Shown here: positions 7,215 to 14,940 of the stretch, in pieces
Layout of the letters: every line of letters starts with the position of its first letter
Numbering within the stretch: position 1 is the first letter of the stretch
From: Candidatus Nanopusillus sp.
Lineage (GTDB): Archaea > Nanobdellota > Nanobdellia > Nanobdellales > Nanobdellaceae
Direction: 5' to 3'
Assembly: GCA_046533775.1 (NCBI GenBank)
Contig: JAWDOO010000005.1
Span: 1 to 32,000 of the forward strand
Length of the DNA: 32,000 nucleotides
Notes under the pieces: model-generated
Told to the model about the DNA's origin: nothing
Seen by the model: only the letters and a program-made list of their open reading frames with translations
The model's database searches: none
Translations under genes and position numbers: made by a program

Positions 7215-8465
7215 TTATAAAATTAAGAATGGTAAAATAAACATACCTAATATTAAATTAATTATTATGATTGTTGATAATGCTATATATAATGTATTCC
7301 TTTCATCAAGATATTTCCCCAGTTCCATTAAAACTTCTATAAATGGTATAGAAATCAAAATAAAATAATAAATATATGATAATAAGATATTTTCTGTCAA
7401 TAAATAATATATTATAGCTGAAATATTTAGAATAAATAATATTATGATTGCAATTTTTTGAAATTTATACATTTTGTTAATAAAAATATCATCTTCTTTA
7501 ATATATTTTTCAAAATTTATTTCTTCTTCTTCTTTTTCTTTAAATTTTACTTTTTTTAATAGTATAAATGAAATTAAAGAAACTAAAAAAGCAATAAATA
7601 TTGAATAACTTATATTACTGATATTTAAACCTTCCAATAATAATCTTGCACCTAAATATGATATAAATGTTATAAAAATGAATCTTATTATATTATCCTT
7701 TAATTTCATTAATAATCTAGTTCCAATCCTTGAACCAATTAAAACTCCTAAAGTAACAAAAGGTAGTAAAATAAAGTCTATATAACCTGCTTTGAAATAT
7801 AAAATTGAAGATGTATCTGCAGTTACTCCTATCATAAAATTACTAGTAGTAGTACTTACTTTTATTGGCAAATTCATTATCAAATCCATTCCCAAAACTT
7901 TTAATATACCTGAACCAATTCCCAATAAGCCAGAAACAAAACCTGCAAATAACATAACAATCCATGCATAACTCCATCTTACTCCATCATAATATATTAT
8001 TTTTCCATTTTCTTCGTATTTTCCAAATAAATTAAAGAAATATGTAGACTCATCTGGTTTTGATGGATAATATTTTTTTCTTAAATTCTTTATTATCAAA
8101 AATATTGAAGATAATAATAATACAACTCCAAATATTATATAAACAATAAAAAATAGATTATGAGTATATAGATAGTTATTTAAAAGAAATCCAAATATAG
8201 CACCAAAAGTTGTAGCAGTTAATAAACTAATTGCTGTATTATCATTAGCAATTTTTTTCTTTATATATGTTAAAGATGAAGATAAAGATGTTGAAATAGT
8301 AGATAATAAAGATATACCAATTGTTAAATATAAAGGATAGTTTAAGAATATTGTTAAGATTGGAGAAATAATTGTACCACCTCCAAGACCTGTTATAGAA
8401 CCTATAATACCTGCAAAAATACCAATAATTAATATTAACATTATATCAAAAAATGTATATATCAT
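7215..8465 (-). CDS. TauE/SafE (DUF81) family anion exporter with an extra C-terminal 3-4 TM module
   Basis: 416 aa polytopic membrane protein. It has two glycine-rich repeats typical of DUF81 (SITGLGGGTIISPIL; LLGIGSGILKVLG). After about 285 aa comes an acidic linker (KFKEKEEEEINFEKY) and roughly 100 further hydrophobic residues, possibly DUF1634-like; that last call is from memory and weak. Confidence 0.75.
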   Translation of the reverse strand: MIYTFFDIMLILIIGIFAGIIGSITGLGGGTIISPILTIFLNYPLYLTIGISLLSTISTSLSSSLTYIKKKIANDNTAISLLTATTFGAIFGFLLNNYLYTHNLFFIVYIIFGVVLLLSSIFLIIKNLRKKYYPSKPDESTYFFNLFGKYEENGKIIYYDGVRWSYAWIVMLFAGFVSGLLGIGSGILKVLGMDLIMNLPIKVSTTTSNFMIGVTADTSSILYFKAGYIDFILLPFVTLGVLIGSRIGTRLLMKLKDNIIRFIFITFISYLGARLLLEGLNISNISYSIFIAFLVSLISFILLKKVKFKEKEEEEINFEKYIKEDDIFINKMYKFQKIAIIILFILNISAIIYYLLTENILLSYIYYFILISIPFIEVLMELGKYLDERNTLYIALSTIIIINLILGMFILPFLIL

Positions 8466-8616
8466 GGTATTAATAAATTCTTTAAAATATATAGACCTTC
8501 ATATAAATATATTTTCTTATAATATATCAAGTATCCTTTCTTAATAAATCATACAATAAAATAATATCAACAATGACCAAAAAGGAAAAATCAAAAAATA
8601 TATTTAACTTCTTTAA

Positions 8617-9468
8617 TCATTCTTCTTCAAACTCTTGAGCATTACTCTTTCTATATTCAGAATATCTCTCAACTTCTTGCATAGCTTTATTTATTTCTTC
8701 AATCATTTCCTGAGGTATATTATCTATTTTTACATTATTGATTCCTATCCTAATATATTTATCCCATTCAATTTTTATTCCATTTTCATTTATTTCCATT
8801 GGATGTCTTAATAAACTATGTTTTGTATCCCTCATTTTCCATACAATAATTGATCTATATAATTTTCCATCTACCTCATCTAAATCCATCCTTACAATCC
8901 CATCTACCGCATGTTCAACCCCAGGTCCACCAAATCCTCTCTCACCAACAGAAATTTGTGAGACAAATATTGCAGTACATCCTAAACCTGCAATTAATCT
9001 TTTTAATGACATTACTATAGATCTTGCCATAGCTGGTTTTGTTAAATATAATGTAGAAATTGAATCTATAACAACTCTTTTAGCATTTGTATCTTTTATT
9101 GCCTGTCTTACTACATCTAATAGTTCATGTATATTATCTAAATCTCTTACTAAATATCTTTCTCTTTGAGCTGCAGTACCAGTTCCACCTGTAAATGCAT
9201 CTACAATTGCTATTTTTCCTTCTTCTTCATATTTTGATATATCCCATCCGAAATTCTTAAAACTCCTTCTTACAGTTACTGGATGCTCTTCCAATGCAAC
9301 AAATACTCCATTTTCATTATTCTTTAATCCATTATATAGAAATTGTTTACCCAAAATAGATTTTCCTGTACCAGGTCCTCCACTTAATAATACTACATTT
9401 CTTTCTGGTATTCCTCCATATAATATTTCATCAAATCCTGGTATATATGTTCTAACTTTATATATCAT
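8617..9468 (-). CDS. KaiC-like / RecA-superfamily single-domain ATPase (COG0467-type)
   Basis: [41 protein letters not shown] (Walker A), VFVALEE and VVIDSISTL (Walker B-like). The track ORF starts at 9498. I prefer ATG 9468 ([13 protein letters not shown]) because 9483-9505 carries the promoter-like boxes of the divergent pair. Confidence 0.8.
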   Translation of the reverse strand: MIYKVRTYIPGFDEILYGGIPERNVVLLSGGPGTGKSILGKQFLYNGLKNNENGVFVALEEHPVTVRRSFKNFGWDISKYEEEGKIAIVDAFTGGTGTAAQRERYLVRDLDNIHELLDVVRQAIKDTNAKRVVIDSISTLYLTKPAMARSIVMSLKRLIAGLGCTAIFVSQISVGERGFGGPGVEHAVDGIVRMDLDEVDGKLYRSIIVWKMRDTKHSLLRHPMEINENGIKIEWDKYIRIGINNVKIDNIPQEMIEEINKAMQEVERYSEYRKSNAQEFEEE

Positions 9469-9482
9469 AATAATAATTTGGA

Positions 9483-9502
9483 ATAAATGTTTAAACATTT
9501 AT
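9483..9502. promoter_or_regulatory. 20-nt perfect palindrome ATAAATGTTTAAACATTTAT in the KaiC-like / DsrE-like divergent spacer
   Basis: Read directly: ATAAATGTTT is the reverse complement of AAACATTTAT. It contains TTTAAA (9490-9495), 22 nt from ATG 9468, and overlaps TTTATAAA (9498-9505), 23 nt from ATG 9528. Confidence 0.5.
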
Positions 9503-9527
9503 AAATAACAATATTTTTCATATCTTT

Positions 9528-9869
9528 ATGGCAAAATATTTAATACTATTAACAAAAGATGATAAAAATACATTGGAAATGGCCTTGGAATTTTCAAAGA
9601 TATTAAAAATGAGCGGAGCAGAAGATGTAAAAATTTGTTTTACTTTATCAGGAATTAAAGCTCTAAATAAGGAAAATGAAGAATATAATTTAATTATATC
9701 TAAACATTTAGAAGATATGAAAAATTTAAACATAAATATATATGCATGTGAAAAATGTATGGTAAGATTTAATATACCAGAAGAAAAATTAATATATAAA
9801 GATAAAATATTTTCATATGAAGAAATGAATAAATTAGTAGATCAAGGATACGCAATAATTACCTTTTAA
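9528..9869 (+). CDS. DsrE/DsrF-like small sulfur-relay family protein
   Basis: 113 aa with the typical layout: MAKYLILLTKDD...ALEFSKI, G.EDVKICFTLSGIKAL, conserved-Cys segment INIYACEKCMVRFNI, and C-terminal GYAIITF. The 3' end overlaps rad50 by 11 nt, convergently. Confidence 0.7.
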   Translation: MAKYLILLTKDDKNTLEMALEFSKILKMSGAEDVKICFTLSGIKALNKENEEYNLIISKHLEDMKNLNINIYACEKCMVRFNIPEEKLIYKDKIFSYEEMNKLVDQGYAIITF

Positions 9870-12114
9870 TTTCTATTATTTTTCCTTCAACATTATCTTT
9901 AAACAAATCATCATGTGTACATAATATTATTTGATAATTATCCAAACTTGATATTAATTGTGCTAAAGATAATCTTACATTTTCATCTAAAGATTCTGTA
10001 GGCTCATCTAATAACAATATATTAACATTTAGATTTAGTATAGAAGCAATAGCTAATCTTAACGCTAAATCTAATATTTTTATTTGTCCTCCGCTTAATC
10101 CAGCTTCATCAATATATTTTTTAATACTCTTTCCATCAATATTTTTAATCACATAAATATAAAACAATTTTTCATCTTTTATCTTACTTTCTTTTATATC
10201 TATTCCAACATCTATAATATCTTGATATCTATATAATTTCTTAAAATAGTATTTAAATGCATTTTCCAGGTTTTTTGATATTTTTTCTCTATTAACTTCT
10301 ATATATTTTAGTAAAACATTATATAAAGATCTTAAAATATTTATATTTTTACTTATGTTCTTTAATTTTTCATTTATATTATTATATATATTTAATTTTT
10401 CTTTATAATTTTTTATTAATTCTGGTTTTAAATTTTCATATTTTTTTATTTCTTTATCAAGCTCATTCAATTTATCTTCAAACTCACTTAAAGAATTTAA
10501 ATTATTTCTTTTATATATATCTTTTATTTTTTCTAAATTCTTTTTCATATTTTCTATTTTCATTAAAGAATATCTTATATTATTTATCTCATTTTTTATG
10601 CTTTGATATTCCTTTCTTAAATTATCTATAACCTTATCCAATTCATTTTTCTTTATATAATTTATTGTATCTTTTATTATTTTATATTCATTTATTTGAT
10701 TTATTTTATAATTTATTTCATTAATTTCTTTTTCAATCCTTATTTTTTCATTTTCAATATCAGATAAATTTACTCTATCTTTAATTTTTCCTTGAATATA
10801 TAAAAAATACTTATATTTATTTTCTATTTCTTGATATAATTTATCTAAATTATTTTTTTCATTTTTAAATTTATTTAAATTCTCCCTATCTTTATTTAAA
10901 TTTTCTCTATATTGATTTAACAATTTTTTATGTAAATCTTCATCCAGAGCCCTTTTACATACTGGACATTCTGATGTTTCTCTATTTAATATATCTAAAT
11001 ATTCCTCTTCTTCCTTTATTTTATTTTCCAAAATTATAATATTATTTTCCAATTCTTTCTTTTTATTATCTATATTTTTTATTTCATTTTCTATATTTTT
11101 ATATTCTATATATTTTTCTATATTTGAATATATTTCCCTTAATTCTCTCAACTTATATTCTAATTCTTTTTCATCAACATTTTCCAAATATTCCAATTCC
11201 TTTTTTCTACTTTCCAAATATTCTAACGAACTATTTAACAAATCCTTTGAATAATTTTCATATTTAAGATTTTTTCTTTCAGATTCAAGATTTAATATAT
11301 TATCATATAATTCCTTTTCTTTTTCTTCATATTCTTTTAACTTTTGATTTAAGTAATTTTCTTGAGTTAGTAAATTATAATCTATACTACTCTCCAATGT
11401 TTTTAACTCTAAATAATCTTTATATATATTATCTCTCATTTTCTTTAATTCTAAATACTTATTAATTTCTTCCAATAATTTTTCAATATCTTTATCTCCA
11501 AAAATATTCTTATATAATTCTATATCTTTTAATAATAAATTTCTTTCTTTTTCTTCATATTCTTTTTCCTTTTCTAAATCTTTTATTAATCCTTCAACTA
11601 CTTTTAATATTAAAGAATAATATTCTATATCAAATATTTTTTCTAATAACTTTGTTAATTCAATTTTTCCAGATAAATTAATATATCTACCTAAATCCCC
11701 TTGTTTTATATATAATACATCTGTAAATTTTTCAACTCTATTTATATTCAATATTTCTTTTATTTTTTTATTAACAATATCTGGCCCAGAAGCTATAACT
11801 TTATTTCCTTCATATAATATTGCCTTAGATTCTCCATTATTATTTGAAGATCTTATTATTCTGTATAAATTATTTCCATCGGATATTTCTAATTCTACAT
11901 TTAAATTATATGAACCAATTCTTATTAAAGATGATATATTTGATATATTTATACTAGATAGAGAATCTTTTCCAAATAAGCCAAATAATATTGCATGGAA
12001 TATAGAAGTTTTTCCAACTCCATTTTCTCCTATTATTATATTTTTTTCATCAAAATTTATCTCTAAATTTTTATGTATTTTAAAATTCTCTAATTTTATT
12101 CTATTAATCTTCAT
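9859..12114 (-). CDS. rad50: DNA double-strand break repair ATPase Rad50 (short coiled-coil version, 751 aa)
   Basis: Walker A GENGVGKTSIF, long Lys/Glu/Asn coiled coil, zinc hook ETSECPVCKRAL, signature SGGQIKILDLALRLA, Walker B LLLDEPTESLD, H-loop ILCTHD. ATGA overlap with mre11. Confidence 0.92.
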   Translation of the reverse strand: MKINRIKLENFKIHKNLEINFDEKNIIIGENGVGKTSIFHAILFGLFGKDSLSSINISNISSLIRIGSYNLNVELEISDGNNLYRIIRSSNNNGESKAILYEGNKVIASGPDIVNKKIKEILNINRVEKFTDVLYIKQGDLGRYINLSGKIELTKLLEKIFDIEYYSLILKVVEGLIKDLEKEKEYEEKERNLLLKDIELYKNIFGDKDIEKLLEEINKYLELKKMRDNIYKDYLELKTLESSIDYNLLTQENYLNQKLKEYEEKEKELYDNILNLESERKNLKYENYSKDLLNSSLEYLESRKKELEYLENVDEKELEYKLRELREIYSNIEKYIEYKNIENEIKNIDNKKKELENNIIILENKIKEEEEYLDILNRETSECPVCKRALDEDLHKKLLNQYRENLNKDRENLNKFKNEKNNLDKLYQEIENKYKYFLYIQGKIKDRVNLSDIENEKIRIEKEINEINYKINQINEYKIIKDTINYIKKNELDKVIDNLRKEYQSIKNEINNIRYSLMKIENMKKNLEKIKDIYKRNNLNSLSEFEDKLNELDKEIKKYENLKPELIKNYKEKLNIYNNINEKLKNISKNINILRSLYNVLLKYIEVNREKISKNLENAFKYYFKKLYRYQDIIDVGIDIKESKIKDEKLFYIYVIKNIDGKSIKKYIDEAGLSGGQIKILDLALRLAIASILNLNVNILLLDEPTESLDENVRLSLAQLISSLDNYQIILCTHDDLFKDNVEGKIIEIKR

Positions 12115-13250
12115 TTTATTAATTGTTTAAATATAGTTTCTCTTATTCTATCCAAATCAGAATTTTTACCAGAATACATCTCCTCAAATAATTCTTTTAT
12201 ATAATTAAACATTTTTATTACTTCTTGCTTATCATTTACAAAAAAAGAACTATCTATTATATTATCTATTGTAATTATCTCATTATTTAATTTTATTTCT
12301 TCATCTAAAGAATAGGAATCATCTAAGATTAAATATCCAGATTCTATTAAATTTTCTAATAGATTTTTTATATTAATATAATAATCTTTCTTATATCTAA
12401 CTTTAATTTTTATAATTGTTTCTTTAGATTTATTATAAATATCATTCTTTAATTTATTTAATCCATAATCATTATTTATTATATCTTCATAAATATATAT
12501 TGGCCTAACATTTAATTCTTTAAATTCTATATTATCATCTCTTACATAAAAAAATCCTTTCTTTATATTTTCTTCATCTTTTGATATTTCAGTCCTTTCA
12601 GTAGAACCTGGTAATGCAAATATTATATTGTCATGCTTTTCCAAATGTTTCTTATGAAAATGACCAAATGCATAATAATTAGCTTTAGGAAAATCTTCTG
12701 GAGATAAAATCCTCGGTTCTTTGCTATAACCTTCCAAAATACTTTCTGGAAATATATTTATTGCACCATGAAACATAAGTATAGTATAACCATTATTTTC
12801 AAATTTTAAATTAGATAGATTTTTTTTATAATATGTTCTTAATTGTTCATATGATAAATTTGATGGTTCAGATATTCCATAAATATATACATCTTTATAT
12901 ATAAATGGTTCTTTTATATTTGCTTCATATACTAAATCTAATCTTTTTAATATTTCTAAAATATTTTGTCTTAGGCCCTTTGTATCATGATTTCCTTTAA
13001 TAAATATTAATGGTATTTTATTATCCTTCAATTTAAACAATATATCTAATATTTCCAATAAATATTTTGAATCCATTCTAAAATAATCATCAAAAAAATC
13101 TCCAGAATGAATTATAAAATCTACCTTTTCTTTAATTGCAAATTCTATAACCTGTTTAAATGAATTTAGAAAATCATATTTTCTAATCTCACCATATTCT
13201 ACTGGAATTTGACATCCTAGATGAGTATCAGAAACATGAACAAATTTCAT
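12111..13250 (-). CDS. mre11: DNA double-strand break repair nuclease Mre11
   Basis: 379 aa with the calcineurin-like phosphoesterase motifs in order: HVSDTHLG, HSGDFFD, KGNHD, MFHGA, FGHFH. Confidence 0.92.
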   Translation of the reverse strand: MKFVHVSDTHLGCQIPVEYGEIRKYDFLNSFKQVIEFAIKEKVDFIIHSGDFFDDYFRMDSKYLLEILDILFKLKDNKIPLIFIKGNHDTKGLRQNILEILKRLDLVYEANIKEPFIYKDVYIYGISEPSNLSYEQLRTYYKKNLSNLKFENNGYTILMFHGAINIFPESILEGYSKEPRILSPEDFPKANYYAFGHFHKKHLEKHDNIIFALPGSTERTEISKDEENIKKGFFYVRDDNIEFKELNVRPIYIYEDIINNDYGLNKLKNDIYNKSKETIIKIKVRYKKDYYINIKNLLENLIESGYLILDDSYSLDEEIKLNNEIITIDNIIDSSFFVNDKQEVIKMFNYIKELFEEMYSGKNSDLDRIRETIFKQLIK

Positions 13251-13714
13251 TAAATATTATTGTATAAAAATTTTTTATTTATATTTTCTAGATATTCTTT
13301 CAAATAATTTAAAACTATTTCCCTATCCTTTTTATAGTGATCAAAACTTATTTTTAATAAAAAGGAATCTTCTGTATAATGTAATTTAATAATTTTATTT
13401 AATGTCAAGTCATCTTTATCAATTCTTAGATAAATATTATAATTCTCATCAAAGTTACAATTATTTTTTATATTTTTAAATTTCAATCCTAAAGAAATTA
13501 AATTTCTAAAAAATATATCTATACTATTTTTATTATTAATTTTTATTTCATATACCTCAATTATATTACTTATTAATCCTTTATCTTTATAATTATTTAT
13601 TTTTATCTTTTTTCTATCTATATCTTTTAATAATAAATCAATCGCATTTAATATTCTATTTTTATCATCCCATTCATGTATATTTACCCTTAATAGTACA
13701 AAAGAAATCTTCAT
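13250..13714 (-). CDS. Hypothetical 154-aa protein coupled (TAATG) to mre11; faint resemblance to UPF0201/DUF54 RNA-binding proteins
   Basis: Its stop codon shares one base with the mre11 ATG (13250). Segments VNIHEWDDKNRILNAIDLL and NIYLRIDKDDLTLNKI loosely recall the v.pTEd.ekV..Ai and f.LnKQaA..G.v motifs of UPF0201 proteins. This is from memory only, so confidence in the family call is low. Confidence 0.5.
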   Translation of the reverse strand: MKISFVLLRVNIHEWDDKNRILNAIDLLLKDIDRKKIKINNYKDKGLISNIIEVYEIKINNKNSIDIFFRNLISLGLKFKNIKNNCNFDENYNIYLRIDKDDLTLNKIIKLHYTEDSFLLKISFDHYKKDREIVLNYLKEYLENINKKFLYNNI

Positions 13715-13734
13715 AATAGTTATATAAATATATA

Positions 13735-13750
13735 GAAAAATTTATATATA
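13735..13750. promoter_or_regulatory. BRE/TATA box GAAAAATTTATATATA serving the pilin-like gene, probably shared with the divergent 154-aa gene
   Basis: TTTATATA (13741-13748) ends 23 nt before ATG 13771 and lies 27 nt from the minus-strand ATG at 13714, in a 56-bp spacer. Confidence 0.55.
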
Positions 13751-13770
13751 CAAAAAATTTTATATTTAAA

Positions 13771-14271
13771 ATGGTAAAAAGAACCCAAGGTTTACCTTTA
13801 AATACTATAATTTTAGCAATTATTGCAATAGTTGTACTAGTATTTCTTGTATTAATATTCACTGGTGGAATTGGAAAATTTGTTGGACAGACCAGTCAGA
13901 TAGCTCCTTCATCTAATCAAACAAGTAGCGCGCAATGTTCAGAATATGCAACATCAATACAAAGCCAAATGGGAACTTCCACAGATCCATCTACTCAATT
14001 AGAAATGTTAGCAAATTCTCAATATGTATTTTCTAACTGCAGCATTTATTTCCAATATTCATTTACTTTATATAATGGTTCTGAAGTTGTATGTGGACTT
14101 GGTCCAAATTACTGTATAAGCCTTTCTAGTTCTAGCTCCAGCTCTAACCAGGGTTCTAGCTCTAGTTCTAACTCTAATTCTGGTTCTAGTTCCAGTTCCA
14201 ACTCTGGCTCTAGTTCCAGTTCTTCTTCTTGTACACCTCCAAATGGTATACCTGGTTGCCAAATTCAATAA
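13771..14271 (+). CDS. Archaeal type IV pilin-like protein (class III signal peptide) with Ser-rich linker and C-terminal Cys loop
   Basis: N-terminus MVKRTQG|LPLNTIILAIIAIVVLVFLVLIFTGG has basic residues, Gly, then the LxLNTI-hydrophobic helix typical of archaeal class III signal / pilin-like proteins. 6 Cys; sequons NQT, NCS, NGS; Ser-rich tract; it ends CTPPNGIPGCQIQ. Confidence 0.75.
   Translation: MVKRTQGLPLNTIILAIIAIVVLVFLVLIFTGGIGKFVGQTSQIAPSSNQTSSAQCSEYATSIQSQMGTSTDPSTQLEMLANSQYVFSNCSIYFQYSFTLYNGSEVVCGLGPNYCISLSSSSSSSNQGSSSSSNSNSGSSSSSNSGSSSSSSSCTPPNGIPGCQIQ
14125..14229 (+). repeat. Imperfect tandem repeat of Ser codons (units of ~24-30 nt) encoding SSSSSSSNQGSSSSSNSNSGSSSSSNSGSSSSSSS
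   Basis: Direct reading shows units GGTTCTAGCTCTAGTTCTAACTCTAATTCT / GGTTCTAGTTCCAGTTCCAACTCT / GGCTCTAGTTCCAGTTCTTCTTCT. Locally higher G+C than the surroundings. Confidence 0.8.
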
Positions 14272-14275
14272 AGAT

Positions 14276-14288
14276 TTATTTTTTATTA
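14276..14288 (+). terminator. Oligo-T tract after the pilin-like gene
   Basis: TTTATTTTTTATT begins 5 nt after the stop and includes a T6 run at 14279-14284. Confidence 0.35.
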
Positions 14289-14301
14289 CTAAATATTATT
14301 T

Positions 14302-14940
14302 ATGATAGATAAAAATTATGTTTCATCAATTTTAGGTATATCAAAAACAAAATTACAAGAATTAATAAATGAAAAAATAAAACAATATAAAAATTTAATT
14401 GATGAAGAAACAGCTATTTTATTGATATTAAAAGAGAGAGGATTAACATTAGAAGATTTATATAATATAAAAGTAAAAAATCTATATCCGGGATTAAAAG
14501 TAAGAGAAATAAAATTAAAGATAAATAAAATATTAATAAAAAAAGATAATTTAATAATTCTAGAAGCTGGAGATGAAACTGGATTACTTAAGTTAATAAT
14601 TAAAGATTATAAATGGAAAAGAAAAGAGAATTTATTAAAGGAGAATAATAATATAAAAGTAAAAAATGGTGTTGTACTAAATAATTTTGTTCTATCAATA
14701 TTCATAAATAATATAGATTTAATAGAAAAGATAAATGAAGATATAAATTTAAATCAAAATTATATATCATATAGATATATAAGATTGTTAAAAGAAAAAG
14801 AGAATAATTATATAGTATTGACAGACAATTTTAATGTAATATATTTAGAAAAAAATATTCAATTGGAATATAATAAAACATATGCAATAAAATTTTATAA
14901 TAAAAGACCAATTGAAATTATTGAATTAAAATCCTACTAA
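14302..14940 (+). CDS. RPA/SSB-like single OB-fold protein
   Basis: 212 aa. The N-terminal LIDEETAILLILKERGL resembles the iseegAa.lvAkelGv helix of archaeal RPAs. The OB-fold-like block KNLYPGLKVREIKLKINKIL...IILEAGDETGLLKLIIKD has the l.DeTG.i..t.w signature. Confidence 0.5.
   Translation: MIDKNYVSSILGISKTKLQELINEKIKQYKNLIDEETAILLILKERGLTLEDLYNIKVKNLYPGLKVREIKLKINKILIKKDNLIILEAGDETGLLKLIIKDYKWKRKENLLKENNNIKVKNGVVLNNFVLSIFINNIDLIEKINEDINLNQNYISYRYIRLLKEKENNYIVLTDNFNVIYLEKNIQLEYNKTYAIKFYNKRPIEIIELKSY

Noticed and set aside
8617-9498. KaiC-like ATPase as the archaellum/pilus accessory ATPase ArlH (FlaH), partner of the FlaI-like ATPase.
   Set aside because: It is more than 5 kb away on an unrelated transcription unit. 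It has a C-terminal extension not typical of ArlH as I recall it, and single-domain KaiC-like ATPases are common outside motility loci. The sequence alone does not justify the ArlH call.
10870-10915. 21-nt tandem duplication inside rad50 (AGAGAAAATTTAAATAAAGAT / AGGGAGAATTTAAATAAATTT on the coding strand, encoding RENLNKD-RENLNKF).
   Set aside because: It is real, but trivial: a heptad-scale duplication within a low-complexity coiled coil, with no evidence of separate function.
13674-13862. 62-aa minus-strand ORF spanning the 13715-13770 divergent promoter.
   Set aside because: It overlaps both the promoter boxes and the N-terminus of the well-supported pilin-like gene. It would start inside that gene and run through the start of the 154-aa gene.
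14068-14268. 66-aa minus-strand ORF with an RTRTRxR repeat.
   Set aside because: It is the antisense reading of the Ser-codon tandem repeat in the pilin-like gene. Its periodicity simply mirrors that repeat.
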